Virus record (IMG/VR): IMGVR_UViG_3300025389_000011
Source: a virus
Lineage: Duplodnaviria; Caudoviricetes
DNA length: 64,000 bases
Direction: 5' to 3' (one strand)
The notes below the pieces were generated by a model. The model saw nothing but the letters and a program-made list of their open reading frames with translations. It ran no database searches and was not told where the DNA came from. The stretch's first letter is position 1. Each line of letters starts with the position of its first letter. Made by a program: the position numbers and the translations under genes. This document shows, piece by piece, positions 1 through 8,335 of the stretch.

Positions 1-567
1 ACCTGCAAAGATATTCAATTCTCCACGACTGAAACCACCATATAGTAGTTTATCCATTTGTGGCCAGCCTGTGCTGACTTGTCCACCTGCATTAAAATAC
101 TTGTTGATACGTGTTTTAGGGTCTGCAAAATAATCTGTACCCATGTCTTTTTGTAGACTGATTTGTACAGCATCTTTAATCATTTTCTCAATAGGGCCAT
201 AATCACCACGTTTATCCAACATGTCAGCCGCTTTAAGAATCGCACGTTCTAATTCTTGTCGTTTAGTGAATTGTTCAAAGTTATCTAGGAACCACTCAAA
301 ATGTCCTTCGTTTAGATTTTCAATGGGCTGAATATCAATACCCGTCAGTGCCTTAATCTGTGCAGGGTCTGGTAATACTTTATATTTGTCTGTGTGTTCT
401 TTGAACATTTCCGCTACTGGACGCAATGACTTATCAAAGTTTTCACTATTCATAATGTTCATGACCCGAGTATATAACTCAGCATTTGTCAACATCATGG
501 ACAAGAAAAACTGTTGCGTTGCAGTATTATATTCTATTTGTTCTTTAGAATCCGTTTTGTTTGCCAA
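1..567 (-). CDS. 41: Replicative DnaB/gp41-like helicase, N-terminal part (runs off window start)
   Basis: Manual translation from TTG at 567 (GAGG RBS 7 nt upstream): LANKTDSKEQIEYNTATQQFFLSMMLTNA...VSTGWPQMDKLLYGGFSRGELNIFAG, ending just before the Walker A; directly follows the primase. Confidence 0.85.
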   Translation of the reverse strand, partial: MANKTDSKEQIEYNTATQQFFLSMMLTNAELYTRVMNIMNSENFDKSLRPVAEMFKEHTDKYKVLPDPAQIKALTGIDIQPIENLNEGHFEWFLDNFEQFTKRQELERAILKAADMLDKRGDYGPIEKMIKDAVQISLQKDMGTDYFADPKTRINKYFNAGGQVSTGWPQMDKLLYGGFSRGELNIFAG

Positions 568-1522
568 TTTTTTTCCTCTGTATTTCTATCTTGATTTTAC
601 TACTTGTTGCACTCTGAAGTATACTAAGTAGGGTACTTAGTTTTCCATACTTTACTACAGCATCATTTACATCTTTTACATCACTTTCCCAATTGGGAAT
701 ACTAACTTGATATCCCAATTCTAGTGCCCTGTCACAACTTTCAAGTCCTGTTTTGTCTCTATCGGGAACAAAAATAATTCGTTTGTTCAATTGACTTAAT
801 AACAATGCTTGGTCATCGTTAATTGTGTTGTGTGTTAACGCACATGCATTCAAACTTAATGCGTCAAAAATACCTTCTACCAGTAAACATACTTCCCATT
901 CAGGTTTTTGAAAATCATAACCAAAAACGTAACCAGGCTGTTGTTCATTAATATATTTAGGTATCTTGTTGTCTAAAAATCTGCTTGTGTGACCTACAAT
1001 TTTGTTTTTGTAAGTATAGGGAATAATGATACGATTACTCATTCTTCCTGATTCATTGGGAGTAACCATGAAAGGATAATCATTACTATCTATTCCCCTA
1101 GCAGTTAGATAATCTACGTACACTTTATGATTTGGGTTATTACTATCTAACAACTCACCATCAGGTAATGTGTGGTCATTGAATTTAATTTTTACACGTT
1201 TTGCCTTAGGCTGTAGTAAGTCTAGTAAGTCTTTATGCTGTAGGCTTTCCAAACTCCAACGTTGAATTTGGCTATCATCAATACCGCACCATGTTAGCAG
1301 ATTACGTGTCTTTGCGCTAATCTGACGCCCTAATACAAAATTACATTTGTATCCGCAATTGAAACAATGCATAGACCAGTTATTGCCATCAAACTTAACT
1401 CCGCCACGCATTCTTCGGTCAGCTTTGTGACCAAAATGGCTACAACAAACTGCATTAAAGCTAGTCCAACCACTACTAGTTTGTTTCTTTTTGCCCGGAA
1501 GAATTGATAATATATCAAACAT
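545..1522 (-). CDS. 61: DNA primase, T4 gp61-like
   Basis: N-terminal zinc motif (C..C/H...HCFNC), TOPRIM EGIFDAL and PDRD..G, KDVNDAV. Confidence 0.9.
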   Translation of the reverse strand: MFDILSILPGKKKQTSSGWTSFNAVCCSHFGHKADRRMRGGVKFDGNNWSMHCFNCGYKCNFVLGRQISAKTRNLLTWCGIDDSQIQRWSLESLQHKDLLDLLQPKAKRVKIKFNDHTLPDGELLDSNNPNHKVYVDYLTARGIDSNDYPFMVTPNESGRMSNRIIIPYTYKNKIVGHTSRFLDNKIPKYINEQQPGYVFGYDFQKPEWEVCLLVEGIFDALSLNACALTHNTINDDQALLLSQLNKRIIFVPDRDKTGLESCDRALELGYQVSIPNWESDVKDVNDAVVKYGKLSTLLSILQSATSSKIKIEIQRKKIGKQNGF

Positions 1523-1570
1523 TCATACAGTATAACACTATTGTCACAACAAATCAACTGTTGTGGATAG

Positions 1571-2347
1571 TTATCTAGTTAATATGTTGCCCACTGCACC
1601 TGAATTGCTGATGAATTCCATGCGTATATATGGATGATATCCTTGAATGATATAACCTACAGTTTGCGTTACATTTGATACTTCTTCAGTAGTAACGATA
1701 TCATACCAATCACCATCTACCACTGCACTACCTTGAATGGTTGTGTTTCCGTAATATTCAATGTAATTGGTTTGAATTGTTAGTACAGGATTATCATTGG
1801 TGTCTAACACACTAGAATAATAGGTTAGATTAGATTCACCGTTACTATTCATATATGCTTGACTATTAGGGAACATTTGCGATGTGGGGATAGTCAATTG
1901 ATATGATGGAACAAAATTGGGTAACACACTATTCACGATATTCATAACACCACGTGCCCCTGCATTTTGGTCTACAAACACAGGGAAATCAAAATCTCCA
2001 ACTGGAATTTCTAGACTATAATATGCTTTCTGTGGTATAATATCTTCAATAGTTGCGGCATTAAGTATTAATGCACAAATGCCATTAGCTGGTAATTGTG
2101 GTACCAGTGTAGCTGACACTAATACTTCTGTACCTGCATTGTTAAGAATTCTGCACGTAATATCGATACCAGTGATATCGATAGGTTTTTGTTCCTGATT
2201 CAGGAATTGGAACTGAATCTGATTATCGACTCCCTTGTGCAATGTTAATGGTTTTGCATAGACTGGCATATAACTCCTTGGTGAATTGCCTGACAATAGC
2301 ACAACAATATTGCGTTGAATATAATAAAATACGGCTGTTGAATACAC
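1571..2347 (-). CDS. Hypothetical protein, probably virion structural (beta-rich)
   Basis: 258-aa ORF with a TAAATA late-type motif at 2368-2373 upstream. Confidence 0.55.
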   Translation of the reverse strand: MYSTAVFYYIQRNIVVLLSGNSPRSYMPVYAKPLTLHKGVDNQIQFQFLNQEQKPIDITGIDITCRILNNAGTEVLVSATLVPQLPANGICALILNAATIEDIIPQKAYYSLEIPVGDFDFPVFVDQNAGARGVMNIVNSVLPNFVPSYQLTIPTSQMFPNSQAYMNSNGESNLTYYSSVLDTNDNPVLTIQTNYIEYYGNTTIQGSAVVDGDWYDIVTTEEVSNVTQTVGYIIQGYHPYIRMEFISNSGAVGNILTR

Positions 2348-2428
2348 AAATGTAGGCTCCTATAACGTATTTAGTCTTTGAAATTTTTATTTAATTAACT
2401 TTGGTTACCCAGTAATAAATAGAGTAGT

Positions 2429-2815
2429 ATGACTTTACAACAACAAGAATTTTTTAGAAGATTAACAGATAACCATCCCTTTATCACAGTATGTTCGTAT
2501 GCAGGCCAAGATTATGTTGGCATAATACAAAATCGTGATGAGATGGTTACTACCATTTATGATTACGGTTCTATATTAGAATCGTCGGTCAAAGAAAAGT
2601 TTTTAGAATTAGGAGATGTTTGGTGGTGGGAAAGTAATAGACTTATACCCATTAATTTATTCTTAAAGAATGAATGGGCACCCTTTAAAGATTATCTAAG
2701 AACGTTCAATAACAAAAGTCTAGTTATCATTCACGGCCCCATTACTAGTTTGAATGAACTTAGCAAACGCCGTAGTAAACGCAAAAGCATTACATTAGTT
2801 AGGAAAGTTCCTTAA
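2429..2815 (+). CDS. Hypothetical protein (the only convincing plus-strand gene)
   Basis: 128-aa ORF filling the gap, ATAAATA upstream, basic C-terminus RRSKRKSITLVRK. Confidence 0.7.
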   Translation: MTLQQQEFFRRLTDNHPFITVCSYAGQDYVGIIQNRDEMVTTIYDYGSILESSVKEKFLELGDVWWWESNRLIPINLFLKNEWAPFKDYLRTFNNKSLVIIHGPITSLNELSKRRSKRKSITLVRKVP

Positions 2816-3371
2816 GTAAATTCATGTGAACTACTACTAAATGTGCATACGCTATAGCATGTGCTTTCTTAAACACATACCCATCATCGTTCTTATCCCA
2901 AACAGTTTTATTCACTTCACTCCATGTCTTACCGATTAAATGTTTTTTACCCGGTCTAATAACTGCTAAAAACATTGCCAATCGCGGAATACTATCAATC
3001 GGTTCAGGCATTTTTTGCATGTTATAGAACTGACCATTCAAGTGAATTAATTTTTCAACAAATGCGCTGTCTTTAAGTTTAGACCAGTCAGGCTCATTCA
3101 TTAACTCAATTAAATGTTTTTCATCACGAACCTTCTCGTAAACGTGTACATTCAATATATCTAGTTTAAAATAACCACGCTTGTCAGCCTCTGTGTAATC
3201 AATACTTGCCATATCATTGATTGGATCATATGGCACAGGAGTAACATAAACGCCACTGGCATGTTTGCGAATAGGATTAACATTACGCATACTTGCAGAT
3301 GTATGTTTAATAAGACTTAGTAATTTTTCTCTATCACCAAAGTCAATGTCAATATCACTATTAATTTTCAT
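2799..3371 (-). CDS. dnaE: Minimal DNA polymerase III alpha (family C) palm/thumb-like protein
   Basis: SDIDIDF, RKHASGV, GYFKLDILN and GYVFKKAHAIAYA match DnaE motifs PDFDVDF, GKHAGGV, KFDFLG and GYGFNKSHSAAYA. Confidence 0.85.
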   Translation of the reverse strand: MKINSDIDIDFGDREKLLSLIKHTSASMRNVNPIRKHASGVYVTPVPYDPINDMASIDYTEADKRGYFKLDILNVHVYEKVRDEKHLIELMNEPDWSKLKDSAFVEKLIHLNGQFYNMQKMPEPIDSIPRLAMFLAVIRPGKKHLIGKTWSEVNKTVWDKNDDGYVFKKAHAIAYAHLVVVHMNLLKELS

Positions 3372-3790
3372 TTTTTAAGATAGTCCAATACTCTAAGAAT
3401 TCTATCCGGATTGTCGGCTAATGCACCTATGCCCCTATTACAATCGTGACATAACCAACCTCTAAATAATCCTGTTACATGGTCATGGTCACAACACCAT
3501 GAACCTGATTTTCTACCACCTCTACCACGAACTTCTATTTCTGGTCGTAAACAGATAGGGCAACAGTAGTCAGGGGGTATCGGTGGTGCAGACTCTCTAG
3601 CAAGTTTCCTAGATGCCATGATTTTTTTGTTGCACTCTTTACATTCACCACGACCATAACTAGCACCATTGGCTTTGCCATAAGCACTTAATGGTAATTC
3701 TTTTTTACACTTAGTACAGGGTTTTGTTTTTTCTGTTTGTGTTTCTATTTTTTCTGTTGAACCCCCAAAATCAAACAACGATTCGGTCAT
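3368..3790 (-). CDS. Endonuclease VII-family HNH nuclease, probable free-standing homing endonuclease
   Basis: CTKC..CKEC zinc motif, CPIC, DHDHVTGLFRGWLCHDCNRGIG. Confidence 0.85.
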   Translation of the reverse strand: MTESLFDFGGSTEKIETQTEKTKPCTKCKKELPLSAYGKANGASYGRGECKECNKKIMASRKLARESAPPIPPDYCCPICLRPEIEVRGRGGRKSGSWCCDHDHVTGLFRGWLCHDCNRGIGALADNPDRILRVLDYLKK

Positions 3791-4341
3791 ACTGCTAATC
3801 CTGCTTTTATTAATTTCATATATGCACGTTGTACAACAATTGCTTGATGTTCAGCGTCATCAACTGCCTTGTGACTTGTCACGTGTTTTTCATCCTTAAG
3901 ACTAACGCCCGCTACTTCATACAATGTACGTGTGTCACGCATAGTCCAAAAGGGCCATGGTATGGGGTTTGGCTTGTCACTAGTTTGACGCCATGCATTT
4001 TCCATAACTACCAAGTCAAAAGGTGCTCCGTTACTCCATACTGCACGACGGTTCCAACAAAACTTATATAGAATGTCCATACAATCTTTGAATGACATTC
4101 TATCACGGTCACCCATAGCTTCTTCAATTGCCTCAGCACTTTGCTCACCCCACCAACGTAGGGTGTCATCGTTGATACTACGATTGTATATCTCAGTTTG
4201 ATCTTCAATTGTAGGGCGCAATTCTAATCGTTCTACAACACCCTGACCTTTAGGGTCAAAACGTACGGCACCGATAGTTAAGATAACACAGTTAGGTGTT
4301 GTATCTAAACTTTCAATGTCTATCATAATATCGTTTGCCAT
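3787..4341 (-). CDS. DEDDh 3'-5' exonuclease
   Basis: IMIDIESLD (Exo I), WSNGAPFD (Exo II), HKAVDDA (Exo III). Confidence 0.85.
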   Translation of the reverse strand: MANDIMIDIESLDTTPNCVILTIGAVRFDPKGQGVVERLELRPTIEDQTEIYNRSINDDTLRWWGEQSAEAIEEAMGDRDRMSFKDCMDILYKFCWNRRAVWSNGAPFDLVVMENAWRQTSDKPNPIPWPFWTMRDTRTLYEVAGVSLKDEKHVTSHKAVDDAEHQAIVVQRAYMKLIKAGLAV

Positions 4342-4350
4342 AATTATCCT

Positions 4351-4623
4351 TTAATTTTTCCACATCTCATACATGGTTATGTATTTGTCTTCCCACAATT
4401 CTATTGTAACACACCCTGATATAAATTGAAAGTCCCAACCACTACCACGTTCACCGAAATTTCTACGACACCATTTAATAAGTTGATTTGGGTCTTCTTT
4501 GCGCTTCTCACAGTCACGTACATATACTGTTTTATTTCCTGATTTGTATGTATGTTCTTTGTCAGGTGTGTTATACCTAAGACTATTAATAGGTATTAAT
4601 TTAGGTAGAGGTTGTATTGCCAT
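4351..4623 (-). CDS. Small hypothetical protein (paralog family)
   Basis: 90 aa, WC...FG...W pattern and aromatic C-terminal tail. Confidence 0.65.
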   Translation of the reverse strand: MAIQPLPKLIPINSLRYNTPDKEHTYKSGNKTVYVRDCEKRKEDPNQLIKWCRRNFGERGSGWDFQFISGCVTIELWEDKYITMYEMWKN

Positions 4624-4626
4624 AAG

Positions 4627-5277
4627 CTATTGTAACATGAGGTCATTAACAAAGTCAACTAAAAGGGTATAATGCTTTCCTTCATGCCATTTGTTTTCTA
4701 TATACTGCCAGGGTTTTTCATACCAATACTTTTGACTTTCAGGGTGACAGCCTATAATGCCAATGCGATTTTGCATGATAGCCATTGGGTCGCCATTACT
4801 ATAACGTGCAATTGTTTTGAATTTAGTTTCGTCACCCACTAATGCACAACCATCATAAAAGTACATATCTTGTTGTGTACCTTTCCAATCTACACTTGCA
4901 GTAGTACCATAACTACGTTTGATATCTGCTGTAGGACGTTTAATGTACTGTACAGCATCAACACCATCAAGTATGTCAAAGTATTGACTACCAGCCCAAT
5001 ATGCGCCCATGCATATACCCAAATATCGTCCACCATTGGTTACAAAATCAGCAATATAATTTTCTGTTTTACGTCTAAAAAACTTATCATAACTATCTGA
5101 ATCACCTATACCGCCGGGAAATGCAACAATATCAATACCATCTAACAAATTATTATTGATATCTTTTGTTCCAAATGTTTTAATGTCGTAATTATTACCT
5201 AATGCCAACGTCATACCATTCACGCAGTCTTGCGAACATTCAGGGTGATTTAAGAATAATGCTATTTTGGGTTTCAT
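4627..5277 (-). CDS. Class I glutamine amidotransferase-like protein (BPL_N type)
   Basis: AFPGG, YLGICMGAY nucleophile elbow, GCHPE triad. Confidence 0.75.
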   Translation of the reverse strand: MKPKIALFLNHPECSQDCVNGMTLALGNNYDIKTFGTKDINNNLLDGIDIVAFPGGIGDSDSYDKFFRRKTENYIADFVTNGGRYLGICMGAYWAGSQYFDILDGVDAVQYIKRPTADIKRSYGTTASVDWKGTQQDMYFYDGCALVGDETKFKTIARYSNGDPMAIMQNRIGIIGCHPESQKYWYEKPWQYIENKWHEGKHYTLLVDFVNDLMLQ

Positions 5278-5278
5278 T

Positions 5279-5506
5279 TTATTGCCATGTTAGTGTGAAC
5301 ATGATATAGTCACGTTCGTATCTGAATTTGAATTGTATTGTATCATCAATAATACGCCAACGTGCATGTCTTTCGGGCTTGCCCATGTTGGTGTACAACC
5401 AGTTAATCATTTCGGGAAACTTGCCTGGCGAAAAGTTTATTACTACTTTATGCCAATGTTTGTCATCGTCCCATTCTTTTGATGGATCATAGTTTTCAAA
5501 TATCAT
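5279..5506 (-). CDS. Small hypothetical protein (paralog family)
   Basis: Ends FKFRYERDYIMFTLTWQ. Confidence 0.7.
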   Translation of the reverse strand: MIFENYDPSKEWDDDKHWHKVVINFSPGKFPEMINWLYTNMGKPERHARWRIIDDTIQFKFRYERDYIMFTLTWQ

Positions 5507-5784
5507 TGGAACTTTAATAGAAAAACCAAATATAATTTTTCATCCATTATTTTATATCCATCGGTGATATTTCCGTTAACCATGTTCATTTTAATACCAT
5601 AGTATTTTTCTAAATAATCTTCAAACTCATAGGCATCAAACTCTTGACTACCCTTTTGTTCTAGGTATTCTTTGCGTACAAGTTTAAGTGCATTCCAATA
5701 GTCCCATCGATTTTTGCGACGGTCTATTTCTGGATCGTCATCATCATAATCTTGAAAGGGTTTTATTGTAGCCATAAATTTCAT
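5503..5784 (-). CDS. Small hypothetical protein
   Basis: 93 aa, 4-nt overlaps with neighbours, ends LYLVFLLKFQ. Confidence 0.7.
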   Translation of the reverse strand: MKFMATIKPFQDYDDDDPEIDRRKNRWDYWNALKLVRKEYLEQKGSQEFDAYEFEDYLEKYYGIKMNMVNGNITDGYKIMDEKLYLVFLLKFQ

Positions 5785-6020
5785 CTAGAAAATTTGATTG
5801 CAAAGAATGTAGCATATTTATCTTCTTCTAAAGTAAGATACCATTTCTTACTCACCATTCCCGGGTCCCATTCATGTTTAGCTATCCAACCTTGTCCACC
5901 TATACTATTGTGCAAATAGTGTAGGCGTGGTCCTATTGTTTTAGCAAGCCATTGTTCTTGCTCACCAGTGAGTCCTTCAGGTAAAGGTATGCGTATCATG
6001 ACCACCTCAAGATAAACCAC
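5781..6020 (-). CDS. Small hypothetical protein (paralog family)
   Basis: Ends LEEDKYATFFAIKFSR. Confidence 0.65.
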   Translation of the reverse strand: MVYLEVVMIRIPLPEGLTGEQEQWLAKTIGPRLHYLHNSIGGQGWIAKHEWDPGMVSKKWYLTLEEDKYATFFAIKFSR

Positions 6021-6277
6021 TCTAAGTCTTTTTTATCACGAAACCAAAACCTAGCATTATTAACATACCAACGTTGTTCGGGTAAACTAACAGTTATGGT
6101 GCCATATGTTTCGACTACCCATTTAACCATGTCATTCCAATACATGTTATCACCGTTAGCCATCCAGCCCTTAGGCTGTATAGTAAAATACTTTTCTCCA
6201 AACACGGTACCTTCATCGCATATTAGCTCCATATCAATAGCCACTTGACTTGAGTAGTTCTTTAATGTCTGAGACAT
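5996..6277 (-). CDS. Small hypothetical protein (paralog family); true start probably the later Met
   Basis: Ends FWFRDKKDLEWFILRWS. Confidence 0.65.
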   Translation of the reverse strand: MSQTLKNYSSQVAIDMELICDEGTVFGEKYFTIQPKGWMANGDNMYWNDMVKWVVETYGTITVSLPEQRWYVNNARFWFRDKKDLEWFILRWS

Positions 6278-6956
6278 TATCTGATTCTCTGTTAAACTTC
6301 AATGCCCATTGCTCTGGATTAATATAATCAATGATAAGTTTAACATGGTCTGCGTCCAAATTATCTAAAAATTGAACGCCACTATCACTTTGAAATAACA
6401 TCCATGGGCTTATTTTACCACGCACAATTTCATGGCAAATACGATTTACGTTAGCATAACGCAATACATCACGTGGTAATATGTTTGCAGATTCTGCAAG
6501 TTCTTCGCATGTTTTTATACTGCGATGGATAGCATCAACGTGATTTTCATGTCGTAGATATTCAATTAGATATCTGGTATAAACACTATCACTATACCAA
6601 GTATCTATTTTAATTTTATTCTTTAATAACCATTCAACATACTGACTGACATTGATTGCATTTACATCCGCACAATAATTTCCAAACTTAATAAAGGCTA
6701 TGTAATATGCACTCTTTACGAATTCTTCAAATGTTTTATTCTTTTTACTTGCTGTGTTTTTACTATAAAATTGCAACCAACATTGAAAGCCTATACGATT
6801 ACCTTGCTTGTCTTTATCTAGCCAACGTCTTTTGGTTTCACATATGTGTTTAACCATAGATGTTTCACGCAAGAATTCACGTTTACAAAAATCACAAGCA
6901 AATTTTGTGGGTGTGTTAATTTCCAATGTCTCGTTCATACTCTGCAAATTGCTCAT
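6234..6956 (-). CDS. Hypothetical protein with N-terminal C2H2-like zinc finger
   Basis: FACDFCKREFLRETSMVKHIC. Confidence 0.7.
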   Translation of the reverse strand: MSNLQSMNETLEINTPTKFACDFCKREFLRETSMVKHICETKRRWLDKDKQGNRIGFQCWLQFYSKNTASKKNKTFEEFVKSAYYIAFIKFGNYCADVNAINVSQYVEWLLKNKIKIDTWYSDSVYTRYLIEYLRHENHVDAIHRSIKTCEELAESANILPRDVLRYANVNRICHEIVRGKISPWMLFQSDSGVQFLDNLDADHVKLIIDYINPEQWALKFNRESDNVSDIKELLKSSGY

Positions 6957-7503
6957 CAGTTGTTATTTCATTTAACGTTTCAATATCACTTTGCTTTAAG
7001 TGAGGAAATAGCTCAGCCAAACGTCTTTTACGTTTATGACTATCAACGTATGCCTTACTAATTTCATCAATGTCATTGATATCAGCCTTAGGATATATCT
7101 TTTTATAATATTCTTTAATATCCTTTAGTTTAGCAGGTGATTCAAGTTTTGCAACCTTTTGACTGATGTTTGGTATCCATTGATGAAATTGCTTTCCCAA
7201 GCCAGGGCTAGCCGCACACAACATCAACCACTGAAGTTTAGGATGCTTGTACACGTTTTCATTAAAGAAATATTTATTGGCATAATACTCAGTACTGCTC
7301 AAGTAATAGTTTTGCAAATCACTATTACCTTTAATTGCACTAATCCATTGTATCATCATAAAAGGAACAAACTTCTTTTGTTGTTCTATTGTCAACCTAT
7401 CGTAGTAACCATAATCTTTTTTATCGATAGCGGCAAGCATATCAAACAAGTCCACGTCTTGTTTTTCAAACTTTTCATCGGTTGCTACTTTTTCTTTTGC
7501 CAT
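6916..7503 (-). CDS. Putative clamp-loader small subunit (gp62-like)
   Basis: Size, replication-cluster position, FVPFMM.QWIS and LMLCAASPG.GKQFHQW resembling gp62 pattern. Confidence 0.45.
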   Translation of the reverse strand: MAKEKVATDEKFEKQDVDLFDMLAAIDKKDYGYYDRLTIEQQKKFVPFMMIQWISAIKGNSDLQNYYLSSTEYYANKYFFNENVYKHPKLQWLMLCAASPGLGKQFHQWIPNISQKVAKLESPAKLKDIKEYYKKIYPKADINDIDEISKAYVDSHKRKRRLAELFPHLKQSDIETLNEITTDEQFAEYERDIGN

Positions 7504-7812
7504 TTATTTTCTTAACATTTCAAGTGTAATCACGTGTGCAATACTTTGACCTAAATCTTTGTCGCCCGGGATAAGATGTAGTGTGTTGATATTTTCATCT
7601 TTACGGTCGTCATACTGACAGTATTCTAACACATGTCCGCCATTTGCAGAATAGATGGTAAAATTCATAGAAGTTTTATGATTACGGCGCTGTAGTCTGT
7701 CATGACCATCGGTCTCACATATCAACATATTGCTTTCATCTTCTTCATTGTTAAGATGTTCCATTCCAATTCTGGCTCTGTTAGCTATCCATTTATCAAA
7801 CCACTTAAACAT
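7504..7812 (-). CDS. Hypothetical protein
   Basis: 102-aa ORF with GGAG RBS, abuts neighbours. Confidence 0.65.
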   Translation of the reverse strand: MFKWFDKWIANRARIGMEHLNNEEDESNMLICETDGHDRLQRRNHKTSMNFTIYSANGGHVLEYCQYDDRKDENINTLHLIPGDKDLGQSIAHVITLEMLRK

Positions 7813-7822
7813 TATTACTCCT

Positions 7823-8323
7823 TTAGAATGCTTGACTATAATCTACTATTTCACAGTTTCTACTGATTTCTTTTACAAAATAAACACATTTTGGTTGCTC
7901 ACCGTCTTCAATAGGAACACACAAAAATTGTCCATTTTTTAATCTAGGCGCATACCATGTAACATCATGATAGATATCTATAATTTCAATTGGCATAAAA
8001 GTAGGACTAAAACTACTCAATGGATTAAACTCAAACGCATTGAAACCTCTATCGTTGATACTTGTTAGCGGTAACGTTTCTAAGTCGCCATGTTCTTTTT
8101 CACCAATTAATATCTGCCAATCAACTGGCATTTTGACAATATATTTGCCAATTCTAAGTACCAGTGCAGGGGCACTAAAACTTTCCAAAAAGATTAATGG
8201 TATATAATGATAATCTACGTTGTTTGGATTACTGTTATCCAGTATTGCAAATCGTAGGTCATCTATTTCTTCTGGTAATGTTTCTAAGTTATAAAACTTG
8301 TTATCTAATGTTAGTATTCGCAT
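7823..8323 (-). CDS. Hypothetical beta-rich protein downstream of UvsW
   Basis: 166-aa ORF in operon context. Confidence 0.7.
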   Translation of the reverse strand: MRILTLDNKFYNLETLPEEIDDLRFAILDNSNPNNVDYHYIPLIFLESFSAPALVLRIGKYIVKMPVDWQILIGEKEHGDLETLPLTSINDRGFNAFEFNPLSSFSPTFMPIEIIDIYHDVTWYAPRLKNGQFLCVPIEDGEQPKCVYFVKEISRNCEIVDYSQAF

Positions 8324-8335
8324 CTTTGTAGTATA

